NCBI GenBank assembly: GCA_963926065.1
Contig: CAWUWQ010000150.1
Span: forward strand, 1 to 49,453
Origin: an uncultured Algoriphagus sp.
GTDB lineage: Bacteria; Bacteroidota; Bacteroidia; Cytophagales; Cyclobacteriaceae
Direction: 5' to 3'
DNA length: 49,453 bases
The translations under genes and the position numbers were made by a program. Each line of letters begins with the position of its first letter. The stretch's first letter is position 1. The notes under the pieces are model-generated. The model had not been told where the DNA came from, ran no database searches, and was given only the letters and a program-made list of their open reading frames with translations. Shown piece after piece: positions 18,956-28,626 of the stretch.

Positions 18956-21820
18956 ATGGATTTTTTCAATAACTATCGAAAGAGTTTTTTTATCACACTA
19001 GCGATAGGTACGACCTTAGTTTTTTTGATAATTCTATTAGGTGCCAGCTTTTTCAATGCAATTATATCCACAGAAACTTCCTTTAAAAAAGAGTTCTTGA
19101 GGAAACAGACTGAGCTTGCATCCTCTAGACTAGAGCTTGAGCTGAACAAATTTGAAGAATCTTCGACGCTCCTTATGAACTATTTGGAAGGTTCCGATCT
19201 AGACCCGGAGCATTATGGAGAGAAACTTACTGACGCAGTGAAGCGAGTATTTAAATACTACCCAGACTTAATTGACACGGTTTACGTTGACCTCAATGAT
19301 TCTACCATCTTTTTTACTCGGACTCTCAGAAACGATTTCATCCGAAAGAAATCTTTATCCAAGTTTCTTGTTTTGAATCCTACACGATCAGTCTTTGTGG
19401 TCCAAGGGAAAACTCAACCATTTAGAATATTTTTTCATCTCAATCCTGTTGCATTCACAAAAGATTTTGTTGAAAATTTTTACATCGATCCTAATGGAAA
19501 AAAAATACTCTATCTCAATGGGGAGTTTTGGGATTTGAGCATGAGAACAAAGCATGAGTTAATAACGGTAGAATCTCAAGTTCCAACCCGAATTTTAGCT
19601 GATTTGAAAATAGGTGTTCTTGGAGTTTATGAATCAGATTGGAATTTTGATGGCGAATCGAAGAAAGGTATACTAACTCAGTATCCTTTTAATTTTGGAT
19701 CAATTAGTGATCAAGCAGCTTTAGTATTTATTGCAGATTCTGAATCCATTGTCCCCGGTATTTACAATACTTACTTCCTGATTTATATTGGATTGATAGT
19801 ATTGATTATTGGAACTATTATACTCTTTGCACTTTCTTTAAAAAGCAACCTAGAGTCTCAACGGTTACTTTCAAAAAATGCAGATGAGATTTCAGAGCTT
19901 TTCGATCAACAAAATTTACTCTTAAAAGAGCTCAATGGGTTTGTTTATTTTCATGATTCTCAGGGTAAAATAACCAGAATTTCAGATGAGGTGAGTGAAG
20001 TTTTGGGACTTTCGAAAAGTGAATTTATAGAGACTTTTAATCACAAATTAAATCAAGAAGATGTAATTGTGATTAAATCTTTAGTCAAAAAGGCTTTAAA
20101 AGCGGATAAAACGTATGTAGATTTTGAATATGATTTCATCTCGTTTGATAATAGGAAAGTTCGATTGAGGATTTTCGAAAAGCTGGTTTTTGACTCTTCT
20201 GGTAATTTTAATGGGGGGATTGGAATCTGTAAAGATATCACCGATCAATATGAAAGCAGACAGGAACTTATACAGAGTGAGAATCGGCTTCGTACGCTTA
20301 TCGAAAATATTCCCGATACTTTATTTATCTATGATAACGAAGGTTATATTTTAGATTTTAAAATGAAAATTACCCGGTTTGAAATGGACCCAAACATGAA
20401 ACTGATTGGCAAAAATCTTTCCGAAGTGATGATAGATGCTACGCTATCTGAAAACATGGTTCATGGTTTTAAGAAAGCCAGCAAAACTCGAGAAATTCAA
20501 ACAGTAGAATTAAAATCAAGCTTCACTGGCGAGATGAAATATTATGAGGTTCGGTTTTTCCCATTAGATGAAGATAAAGTAATGTCCATCTCCCATGATG
20601 TCACTGTGCAACGGATATGGGAAAAGGGACTTTTGGAAGCTATGGATGTAGCGGACAAAGCCAGTAAAGCCAAGTCGGAGTTTCTTGCAAACATGAGCCA
20701 CGAGATCAGAACTCCAATGAACGGATTGCTTGGGATTATTGATTTGCTTGAACAGACCGAGCTTAACGAAACTCAAAGAGAATACATTGGTATAATAAAG
20801 AATTCAGGCAATTCGCTTCTAGGAATTATCAAAGATATCTTGGATTATTCTAAAATTGAAGCAGGTAAAATCGATCTCCATAATAGTGTTTTTATTCCCA
20901 AAACGGAACTTCAAAAAAATGTGTTGATTTTATCAGGTCTTGCCTTAAAGAAAAAAATAAATTTGGCCATTACATTTGGGCGGGGAACAGAAAATGCTGT
21001 TGAAGGTGATTTGGAGAAGCTCCTTCAAGTTTTTTTAAATCTAACTGGAAACGCAATAAAATTTACTCCTAAAAATGGATCAGTTCAAATAACTATTGAT
21101 ATCGATCCAATAGCTGAGGAATTATGGCAATTGAAAGTTAGTGTGAAAGACTCAGGTATAGGTATTCCTGATGAATTGATACCTTATCTGACAGACCCTT
21201 TTTATCAAGTTGAGAGCTCTAGCTCTAGGACCTATCAAGGGACTGGGCTGGGCTTGGCAATTTCAAAAAGGTTAATTGAGCTAATGGGTGGTGAGTTGGT
21301 TATATCAAGTAAGCTGGATGAAGGATCAGAATTTGCTTTTACAGCTTTGCTCAAAATGGTTAATGTTGAGCAGCTGAAATTAAAAGAAGTCCCTGCCACA
21401 AATCCACAAAGTTGGATTGGAATGGCTTCGGAATATCCTTTAAGGATTTTGCTTGCGGAAGATAATGACCTAAATCTTCAACTGATGGATTTAATGCTTG
21501 CTCAGCTTGGTTATGATTTTAAAGTGGCTAAAAACGGACAAAAAGCTGTCACATTAGCCTCCGAACAAATTTTTGATTTGATCCTAATGGATGTCCAAAT
21601 GCCAATTTTAAATGGGCTGGAATCTACAATGCTGATTCGGAAAAAGCCCCATAATACTTCCATATACATTATTGGACTTTCTGCCAATGTATTTGATGAA
21701 GATAAGAAGAAAGCGATTGAGTCAGGTATGAATGATTATTTGACCAAGCCAATTAGGTTAGTGGAGCTGGCAGAAAAGTTGAAAGACTGCTCAACAAGAT
21801 TAAAGTCAAAGGTTAAATAA
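18956..21820 (+). CDS. Membrane hybrid sensor histidine kinase (2 TM, two PAS-like, HisKA, HATPase, receiver)
   Basis: FLANMSHEIRTPMNG, NAIKFT, DSGIGI, GTGLGL, LLAEDN...LMDVQMP...KP. Confidence 0.95.
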   Translation: MDFFNNYRKSFFITLAIGTTLVFLIILLGASFFNAIISTETSFKKEFLRKQTELASSRLELELNKFEESSTLLMNYLEGSDLDPEHYGEKLTDAVKRVFKYYPDLIDTVYVDLNDSTIFFTRTLRNDFIRKKSLSKFLVLNPTRSVFVVQGKTQPFRIFFHLNPVAFTKDFVENFYIDPNGKKILYLNGEFWDLSMRTKHELITVESQVPTRILADLKIGVLGVYESDWNFDGESKKGILTQYPFNFGSISDQAALVFIADSESIVPGIYNTYFLIYIGLIVLIIGTIILFALSLKSNLESQRLLSKNADEISELFDQQNLLLKELNGFVYFHDSQGKITRISDEVSEVLGLSKSEFIETFNHKLNQEDVIVIKSLVKKALKADKTYVDFEYDFISFDNRKVRLRIFEKLVFDSSGNFNGGIGICKDITDQYESRQELIQSENRLRTLIENIPDTLFIYDNEGYILDFKMKITRFEMDPNMKLIGKNLSEVMIDATLSENMVHGFKKASKTREIQTVELKSSFTGEMKYYEVRFFPLDEDKVMSISHDVTVQRIWEKGLLEAMDVADKASKAKSEFLANMSHEIRTPMNGLLGIIDLLEQTELNETQREYIGIIKNSGNSLLGIIKDILDYSKIEAGKIDLHNSVFIPKTELQKNVLILSGLALKKKINLAITFGRGTENAVEGDLEKLLQVFLNLTGNAIKFTPKNGSVQITIDIDPIAEELWQLKVSVKDSGIGIPDELIPYLTDPFYQVESSSSRTYQGTGLGLAISKRLIELMGGELVISSKLDEGSEFAFTALLKMVNVEQLKLKEVPATNPQSWIGMASEYPLRILLAEDNDLNLQLMDLMLAQLGYDFKVAKNGQKAVTLASEQIFDLILMDVQMPILNGLESTMLIRKKPHNTSIYIIGLSANVFDEDKKKAIESGMNDYLTKPIRLVELAEKLKDCSTRLKSKVK

Positions 21821-21898
21821 AAAAGGCTCGAAATGAAATAGCCCCCAATAAGTGTGTGACTTTTGGGGGCACATCATTATTCTAGAAGCCTTTTTATT
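21816..21898. terminator. Probable bidirectional terminator between convergent genes, with nested insert
   Basis: Outer arms AATAAAAAAGGCT / AGCCTTTTTATT. Confidence 0.6.
21834..21876. mobile_element. 43-bp IS3-end-like palindromic remnant
   Basis: TGAAATAGCCCCCAATAAGTGTGTGACTTTTGGGGGCACATCA: TG...CA ends, GCCCCCAA/TTGGGGGC inverted core. Confidence 0.55.
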
Positions 21899-23183
21899 AA
21901 AGAGAAGTATTCAAGTCGAATGCTTCCAGATAATCTGCTACTCGCCTTACAAACATTCCTCCCAAAGACCCATCAACCACTCGATGATCATAGGAGTGGG
22001 AAAGGAACATCTTATGACGAATAGCAATCACGTCTCCAGTAGGAGTCTCGACCACAGCAGGCTTCTTAATTATTGCTCCAACAGCCATTATAGCTACTTG
22101 AGGTTGAAGAATGATTGGTGTACCCATTAGATTCCCAAAGGAGCCCACATTCGATACGGTGTAAGTTCCTCCAGCTAGATCATCAGGAGACAACTTATTT
22201 ATTCTAGCACGATTTGCTAAGTCATTAACTTTTTTTGAAATGCCGACTAGGTTCAATTGATCAGCATTTCTAATTACTGGAACGATTAAATTTCCACTTG
22301 GTAAGGCCACAGCCATTCCTACATTGATATCCTTCTTTTTGATGATTCGATCTCCATCTACGGAAATATTGATCATTGGAAAATCGCGGATTGCTTTGGC
22401 TACTGCCTCAATAAAGAAAGGAGTAAAGGTTATTCCCTCTCCATACTTTGCTTTATAGGCATCTTTATGCTTGTTTCTCCAAAGAACAATATTTGTCATG
22501 TCTGCTTCGACAAATGAAGTCACATGGGCGGAAATTCGCTTAGAATCTATCATTCGCTGCGAAATCATTTTCCGCATACGATCCATTTCGAAGATTTCGT
22601 CAGACGCAGAAATACTTACCTGAACTTTCGGTGATGAAATAGATGGCGCCCCTTGAGCAAGACTAGCTGAACCGTTTTTATTCCGATTAGAGAGATAAGT
22701 CAGCATGTCCTGCTTCGTTACTCTGCCTTCTTTTCCAGTACCGGGAATTTTAGATAGTTCAATCGAAGGAATTTGCTCCTCCTTTGCCATACTTTGTACA
22801 AGTGGGGAATAAAACCTTGAATCTTCAGTGTCATTAGGCTCTTCAGTGGACACCAATAAACCAGTATTTATAGACTGAGCAACTTGGATTACTTCTTTCT
22901 TAGGGCTTGATTTAGCAGCAGGTGCCGCTTGAGCTTCAGAATCGGAAGTTTCAATAATCGCAATGGGAGCTCCTACAGCTACCACATCTCCTTCTTTTAC
23001 CAAAATCTTTTTCAAGATTCCTCCATGGATTGATGGAACTTCAGTATCTACTTTATCAGTAGCTACCTCTAATACAGACTCATCCTGTTCGATTGAATCT
23101 CCTTCCTTCTTTAGCCAGATGATTACAGTACCTTCTGTGATACTTTCGCCCATTTTGGGCATTAGCATTTCTACACTTGCCAT
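21897..23183 (-). CDS. 2-oxoacid dehydrogenase E2 (dihydrolipoamide acyltransferase), one lipoyl domain
   Basis: ATDKVDTE lipoyl motif, E3-binding GTGKEGRVTK, DHRVVDG catalytic motif. Confidence 0.95.
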   Translation of the reverse strand: MASVEMLMPKMGESITEGTVIIWLKKEGDSIEQDESVLEVATDKVDTEVPSIHGGILKKILVKEGDVVAVGAPIAIIETSDSEAQAAPAAKSSPKKEVIQVAQSINTGLLVSTEEPNDTEDSRFYSPLVQSMAKEEQIPSIELSKIPGTGKEGRVTKQDMLTYLSNRNKNGSASLAQGAPSISSPKVQVSISASDEIFEMDRMRKMISQRMIDSKRISAHVTSFVEADMTNIVLWRNKHKDAYKAKYGEGITFTPFFIEAVAKAIRDFPMINISVDGDRIIKKKDINVGMAVALPSGNLIVPVIRNADQLNLVGISKKVNDLANRARINKLSPDDLAGGTYTVSNVGSFGNLMGTPIILQPQVAIMAVGAIIKKPAVVETPTGDVIAIRHKMFLSHSYDHRVVDGSLGGMFVRRVADYLEAFDLNTSL

Positions 23184-23279
23184 GGTTATGATTTTATAAT
23201 TTAATTGGGTTTATTTTCAACTTTTAAAATTAAATTTTATAAAATACTATCCCAAACCTTTTAGGTAAAATTTTATTTG

Positions 23280-24530
23280 CTATTTCTGAGAAATACAAAT
23301 TCGCAACATGTTAAGAACAGCCACGCCAGTCAGCTGGATGTTCAACATACGGTCTTGGGTGAGCTGGAGTTTTTTAGTCTCCACACGTCCATTCATTGCA
23401 CAGGCAATCCAAACAGTGCCAACAGGTTTTTCATCCGTTCCTCCGTCAGGACCAGCGATTCCGCTACTTGCCAATCCAAAATCAGAATTGAAAAGCTTTC
23501 TAACACCTGCCGCCATTTCTCTAACAGTTTCCTCACTTACTGCTCCAAATCTGCTCAAGGTATCATTGCTGACACCCAAAATCTTATTTTTAAACTGATT
23601 ATGATAAGGAATGATTCCGCCTTGATAGTAAGTACTGCTTCCTGGGACACTGGTAATCAAGTGAGAAACATAACCTCCAGAGCAGCTCTCGGCTAAAGCT
23701 ATGGTTTTCTTTTCAGCCTTCAAAAGCTTGGCAATTGCCGTTTCTAAAGTCTCAGTATTGAATCCGTAAACATATTTTCCGATCAAAGGCATTACGGTAT
23801 CAATCTGCTCATCTATTGCCTTTTCTAACTCTTCTTTAGAATTCCCAAAACCAGTCAATCTAAGTTTGACGTGGCCAAGCGAAGGGAGGTAAGCTAATCG
23901 AATCGAACTTGGTAAGGCAGTTTCCCAATCCGAAATCAAATCAGCTAGCCAGCTTTCGCCGATGCCGACAGTCTTGATTACTTTATGATGGATTACAGGA
24001 AGTGGGAAGATCTCCGGAAGCTTTGGAAGGACAAAATCCTTTATGAGCTTTTTCATTTCATGTGGTACGCCAGGCATAGACATCCAAAAGGTGCCATTCC
24101 GCTCGAACCACATCCCGGGTGCAGTCCCGACTTCATTAGGTATGTAAGTGCAGCAAGCAGGTAAATGACCTTGAAGAATGTTCAATGGGGTCATTTCTCT
24201 TCCCCTTCGAATGAAGTATTCACTGACTGCCTTTACTGCTTCGGGGAATTCTATGATATCACAACCGAAAAATTCAGCGAGCAATGGCTTGGTCAAATCA
24301 TCTTTTGTCGGACCAAGTCCTCCTGTGATCAGCACGATGTCAGCTCGCTTTTCTGCAGATTCGAATGCTGCTAAAACATCCTTTCGATCATCTCCGACTG
24401 TTGTTTTCCGTACTACTTTAACACCCATTAGATCTAATTCTTGACTGATCCAATGACTGTTGGTATCTACTATTTGTCCATAGAGCAACTCATCTCCAAT
24501 GGCTATTATCTCTGCTCTTACTACTTTCAT
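23280..24530 (-). CDS. cinA: Competence/damage-inducible protein CinA (MCF domain + NMN deamidase)
   Basis: IGDELLYGQIVDTNS, GGLGPT-x-DD, AESCSGG, GIAGPDGG. Confidence 0.95.
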   Translation of the reverse strand: MKVVRAEIIAIGDELLYGQIVDTNSHWISQELDLMGVKVVRKTTVGDDRKDVLAAFESAEKRADIVLITGGLGPTKDDLTKPLLAEFFGCDIIEFPEAVKAVSEYFIRRGREMTPLNILQGHLPACCTYIPNEVGTAPGMWFERNGTFWMSMPGVPHEMKKLIKDFVLPKLPEIFPLPVIHHKVIKTVGIGESWLADLISDWETALPSSIRLAYLPSLGHVKLRLTGFGNSKEELEKAIDEQIDTVMPLIGKYVYGFNTETLETAIAKLLKAEKKTIALAESCSGGYVSHLITSVPGSSTYYQGGIIPYHNQFKNKILGVSNDTLSRFGAVSEETVREMAAGVRKLFNSDFGLASSGIAGPDGGTDEKPVGTVWIACAMNGRVETKKLQLTQDRMLNIQLTGVAVLNMLRICISQK

Positions 24531-24542
24531 TTTAATTTTTTA

Positions 24543-25328
24543 TTACCGAACGTTTGACTTTCGGAGAATTTTGGAGAATACTCCTGGAAAAAAGCGTTTA
24601 AGATATACTACATAGGTTTCTTTTCCTCCGATATATACTTCCTCTTTTTTTGACTTCATCGCAGCAAAGATTTCTTTGGCACATTTCTCTGGACTCATAC
24701 CGTTTGCTTGAGCTTGATCCATTTCATTGAGTGCAGTGCCATCGGCGGTCAGTGCATTTACTGATACGTTGGTACGGATAAACCCAGGACATATCAGCGT
24801 AACGTTAATTTGATCTTTGAAATGCTCCGATCTCAAGGTTTCAAAGAAGCCATGAAGCGCATGTTTTGATGCCGCATAGCTTGATCGAAATTGAGTTCCA
24901 AATTTTCCGACTAATGAAGTGATTACTCCAAAATGCCCTGATTTGTTTGTAATAAAATGTGGGAGTAAAGTTTTAGTCAATGCTACTGTTCCAAAGAAGT
25001 TGACTTCCATCAGCTTTCTGTCTACAGATAGCGGAGTTTCAAAAATCAACGAACGTTGGCTTATTCCTCCATTGTGAAGCATGATGTCTATTTTCCCGAA
25101 GGCTTGGATAGCTTCAGTTGTTTTTTGCTCAAAAGATGAAATAGCAGTCAAATCCAAAGGCAATACATAGCAACTTTCGGGATGCGTGCTTTGGGCTTTA
25201 ACTTGTTGTAATTTATCACCATTTCGTGCCGAAAGAATCACTTGATAGCCTTCAGCATTATAGTAATAAGCAGCTGCTTCTCCGATTCCTGAAGATGCTC
25301 CAGTGATCCAAATGGTTTTTTTTGACAT
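24543..25328 (-). CDS. Short-chain dehydrogenase/reductase
   Basis: TGASSGIG, YAASK. Confidence 0.93.
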   Translation of the reverse strand: MSKKTIWITGASSGIGEAAAYYYNAEGYQVILSARNGDKLQQVKAQSTHPESCYVLPLDLTAISSFEQKTTEAIQAFGKIDIMLHNGGISQRSLIFETPLSVDRKLMEVNFFGTVALTKTLLPHFITNKSGHFGVITSLVGKFGTQFRSSYAASKHALHGFFETLRSEHFKDQINVTLICPGFIRTNVSVNALTADGTALNEMDQAQANGMSPEKCAKEIFAAMKSKKEEVYIGGKETYVVYLKRFFPGVFSKILRKSNVR

Positions 25329-25329
25329 G

Positions 25330-25830
25330 TTAGGATTTAATTCGACTATAGTTTACAAAAGAGAAAGAGAATTCGTGCTTTTCATCTTTAGGGTGAAATT
25401 CCCGAAATGTTTCCTTCCAATCACTATGATCAAATTCTGGAAAATATGCGTCTCCATGAGGACTGGCGTCCACTTCGGTCAACAGAAGTTCATCGGCCAG
25501 GGGAAGGGTAAGTGAATAAATCTCTCCACCACCGATTACATAAAGTGTATCGATTTGGGCCTTATTTGCAAAAGCAAAAGCTGACTCCACCGAATCAAAG
25601 ACATAATGCCCTTCCGGTACTTGATAGGATGGGTTTCTGGTGATGACCAAATGAGTTCGATTGGGAAGAGGCTTATCGAGTGACTCAAAAGATTTTCTTC
25701 CCATAAGGATATAATGGTCGGAAGTAATGGATTTAAAGCGCTTAAAATCAACTGGTAATCGCCAGACCATGGCATTTTTGTTACCGATTACGTTGTTTTT
25801 TGCCAAAGCGGATATAAGGGAAATTTTCAT
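25330..25830 (-). CDS. folA: Dihydrofolate reductase
   Basis: VIG...W-x-LP-x-D, MGRKSFES, PLPNR, IGGGEIY, GDAYFP. Confidence 0.95.
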   Translation of the reverse strand: MKISLISALAKNNVIGNKNAMVWRLPVDFKRFKSITSDHYILMGRKSFESLDKPLPNRTHLVITRNPSYQVPEGHYVFDSVESAFAFANKAQIDTLYVIGGGEIYSLTLPLADELLLTEVDASPHGDAYFPEFDHSDWKETFREFHPKDEKHEFSFSFVNYSRIKS

Positions 25831-25894
25831 TTTCAAAAGTCTGTTTCCTGAAGATAACAGCCCTCAAATTGATAAAAAACTATTAGGGAGATAT

Positions 25895-26319
25895 TTACTG
25901 TTGCTTCATAGCCAGCATCATATTTGGATAGTCACTCATTTTGAATTTCTGAGGTGCGGAGGTTTGAATATCAATGACTTTCCTTTTCCGTCACTGGTTT
26001 GTAATTCAAAAACTAAAAATCATGTAAATTAATAAGAATACTCTGTCGGCAGATCCTCTCCTAGACCTTTTATCAATTCCTCTATGTTGAAATTGATCAG
26101 GGAATTACTGTCCTTCTCAATATATAGACATTCTAACTGCTTTTCTAGCTGATGACGGCCAATCATTTTTTCGATTTCTTGCTCGACTTTTTTTTTCGAC
26201 TGTATTTTCCATACCTCTATAAGTGGCTTGCTTAAGGTTTTTGATGAATTGGGCCTCAGCTAGGAAAGAAATAGAAATAACAAGAAGGATAAAAAAATTA
26301 GTTTTACTAAAATTCTCAT
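25895..26319 (-). pseudogene. Decayed secreted-protein gene (DUF4412-like by resemblance)
   Basis: Pieces across frames: MRILVKLI / FFILLVISISFLAEAQFIKNLKQATYRGMENTVEKK / VEQEIEKM..QLEKQL..IEELIKGLGEDLPTEYSY*FT*FLVFELQTSDGKGK / VIDIQTSAPQKFKMSDYPNMMLAMKQQ*. Confidence 0.7.
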
Positions 26320-26384
26320 AATATACTTATTTAAAAAATTGAGATAGTTACCTTAAGTACTTAAAAATCAACCATAATTTGAAA

Positions 26385-27323
26385 TTATTTTATGCTTTTT
26401 TCAAGTTTGTAACCTCTCAAAAAGTCCCCAATCTTCATCCGTTTTTTACCCTCAAGTTGAAGTTCAAGGATTTCTAAGCTTCCATCTCCAGTTTGAAATT
26501 TCAAAAATGTTTTCCCATCTGAGCTGTAGTTTCCTGATTCAATTTTTGATAAGTTTTTTTCAGATACCGAAGTTTTAAAAATCTTACAGTTTTTGTTATC
26601 CAAAGAAGTCCAAGCAGCAGGATAAGGTGAAAGTCCACGAATCAAGTTATGAATGGAATTAGCAGAATTCGTCCAATTGATTTCTCCTGTTTCTTTGAAG
26701 ATTTTTGGAGCATGATTCATCGCTTTTGACTCATCTTGTGGGAGTGCAACTACCTCATCTGCTGCAATCGCTTCCACAGTTTTCAAAACCAGTTTTGCCC
26801 CAAGTTCCATCAGTTTTTCATAAAGTGAACCCAAATCATCTTCAGGAAGGATCGCTACTTTTTCTTGGTAAATAATACTTCCGGTATCGATTTCATGCTT
26901 GAGGAAAAAGGTGGTCACTCCGGTTTCTTTTTCACCATTGATGATCGCCCAGTTGATCGGAGCTGCGCCACGGTAATTAGGAAGCAATGAAGCATGGAGA
27001 TTAAATGTGCCAATAGGAGGCATATCCCAAACTGCTTCAGGAAGCATCCGGAAAGCAACTACAATTTGTAAATCTGCCTTTAAGGCCAGCAATTCATCTT
27101 GGAATTCTGGTGACTTTAAGTTGGTGGGTTGCAGGATATGTAAGCCATGTTTTAGCGCAGCTTCTTTGACTGGGGATGGGATCAACTTTTGCCCGCGACC
27201 TTTTGGTTTATCTGGCGCGGTGATCACACCGACGACATTCCAGTTATTTTGAACTAATAATTCAAGGGCAGGAACAGCGAATTCTGGCGTTCCCATATAT
27301 ATGATTCGAAGTGATCTGGACAT
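26385..27323 (-). CDS. fmt: Methionyl-tRNA formyltransferase
   Basis: YMGTPEFA, PDKPKGRG, NLHASLLP-x-YRGAAPI. Confidence 0.97.
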   Translation of the reverse strand: MSRSLRIIYMGTPEFAVPALELLVQNNWNVVGVITAPDKPKGRGQKLIPSPVKEAALKHGLHILQPTNLKSPEFQDELLALKADLQIVVAFRMLPEAVWDMPPIGTFNLHASLLPNYRGAAPINWAIINGEKETGVTTFFLKHEIDTGSIIYQEKVAILPEDDLGSLYEKLMELGAKLVLKTVEAIAADEVVALPQDESKAMNHAPKIFKETGEINWTNSANSIHNLIRGLSPYPAAWTSLDNKNCKIFKTSVSEKNLSKIESGNYSSDGKTFLKFQTGDGSLEILELQLEGKKRMKIGDFLRGYKLEKSIK

Positions 27324-27399
27324 CTTTGGTAAGTTCTTAGCTAGGAAATTTGTTTAAACAATCGATTTTATAAACATGCATTAAGGTATTGCAGGCAAA

Positions 27400-28587
27400 T
27401 TATTTATAGATCAAATATTTTTCTCTCAACTTCTTATAAGAGTCAAGGTCAGTTTGCCAAGAACTCTCAATTTCTAAAGCAGTTTTCCCTTCTATAATCA
27501 TCTTTTTCAATTGATCAGTTCCAGCAAGGGTATTGAAGTAATTGCTAAAAAATGCTTTTCCTTTACCCGATTTTTGATAGGCATCCAAAAGATATTTCAA
27601 AGTGAATTGTTGATTGAGTGGCTCATTTCTCAAGTCAACACCATAGCAGATTTGGTCTTGAAGTGGTGGTGTTTTGGACATTCCATCTATCGAAATTGGT
27701 GTAAAAGTAAACTTTCCGAAAGTAGGATCTGGATAACCATAAGTCTGAAATGGGAAAAGCGTGCCTCGACCGAGTGAGACTATTGTGCCTTCAAAAAAGC
27801 AGGTACTTGGGTAAAGCCGGATGGCAAGATCATTTGGAAGATTTGGTGAAGGCTTTACTGGAAGATTGTAGCGCATATCATGTGTCCAGTTTCCAACGGG
27901 GATAACTTCAATAGTAGCTTGAAGATCTCCTTTGAGCCATTTTTCGCCATTGATCATCTTTGCTAATTCTCCTACAGTCAAGCCGTGTACCACAGGAATG
28001 GGATGCATGCCTACAAAACTTTCAAATCCTGACTTCAATACTGGACCAGCGATGTAGTCTCCATTTGGATTTGGCCGATCAAAAATCATAACGGGAACAC
28101 CATTTTCTGCAGCAGCTTCCATCACATAATGCATCGTTGAGATATAAGTATAGAATCTCACTCCAACATCCTGAAGATCAAAAATGATCAGATCTAAGTC
28201 CTTGATTTGAGCGGCTGTTGGCTTTTTGTTATTTCCATAAAGCGAAATTATAGGAAGTCCGGTTTTGGAATCAATCGTATTATCCACTTTTTCACCAGCA
28301 TCCGCGACTCCCCGAAATCCATGCTCGGGCACAAATACTTTCTTAACAGAGATTCCTTTTTCCAATAAAAAATCAACCACATGTTTCTGATTGCTTTGGG
28401 TAAGAATACTCGTCTGATTGGCTACGATTCCCACAGACTTTCCAGAAAGTTTGGAAAGGTAAAGTTCTGGCTGGTCAGCCGCCGGTAGAATTTTTTTATC
28501 CTGTGCTTTTAACTCGACACCTGTAAAAATAAGAAGGAGCGAAAGGCTGAAAATGTAAATAAAGGATGTGAGTTTCATTTGCTTCAT
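27400..28587 (-). CDS. namZ: Exo-beta-N-acetylmuramidase NamZ family (DUF1343)
   Basis: Signal peptide, PEHGFRG, DLQDVGVRFYTY, DRPNP, PSPNLP. Confidence 0.9.
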   Translation of the reverse strand: MKQMKLTSFIYIFSLSLLLIFTGVELKAQDKKILPAADQPELYLSKLSGKSVGIVANQTSILTQSNQKHVVDFLLEKGISVKKVFVPEHGFRGVADAGEKVDNTIDSKTGLPIISLYGNNKKPTAAQIKDLDLIIFDLQDVGVRFYTYISTMHYVMEAAAENGVPVMIFDRPNPNGDYIAGPVLKSGFESFVGMHPIPVVHGLTVGELAKMINGEKWLKGDLQATIEVIPVGNWTHDMRYNLPVKPSPNLPNDLAIRLYPSTCFFEGTIVSLGRGTLFPFQTYGYPDPTFGKFTFTPISIDGMSKTPPLQDQICYGVDLRNEPLNQQFTLKYLLDAYQKSGKGKAFFSNYFNTLAGTDQLKKMIIEGKTALEIESSWQTDLDSYKKLREKYLIYK

Positions 28588-28626
28588 GCTATTTTGCGGA
28601 GTATTTCAACAAATTAACGCAGTCAA

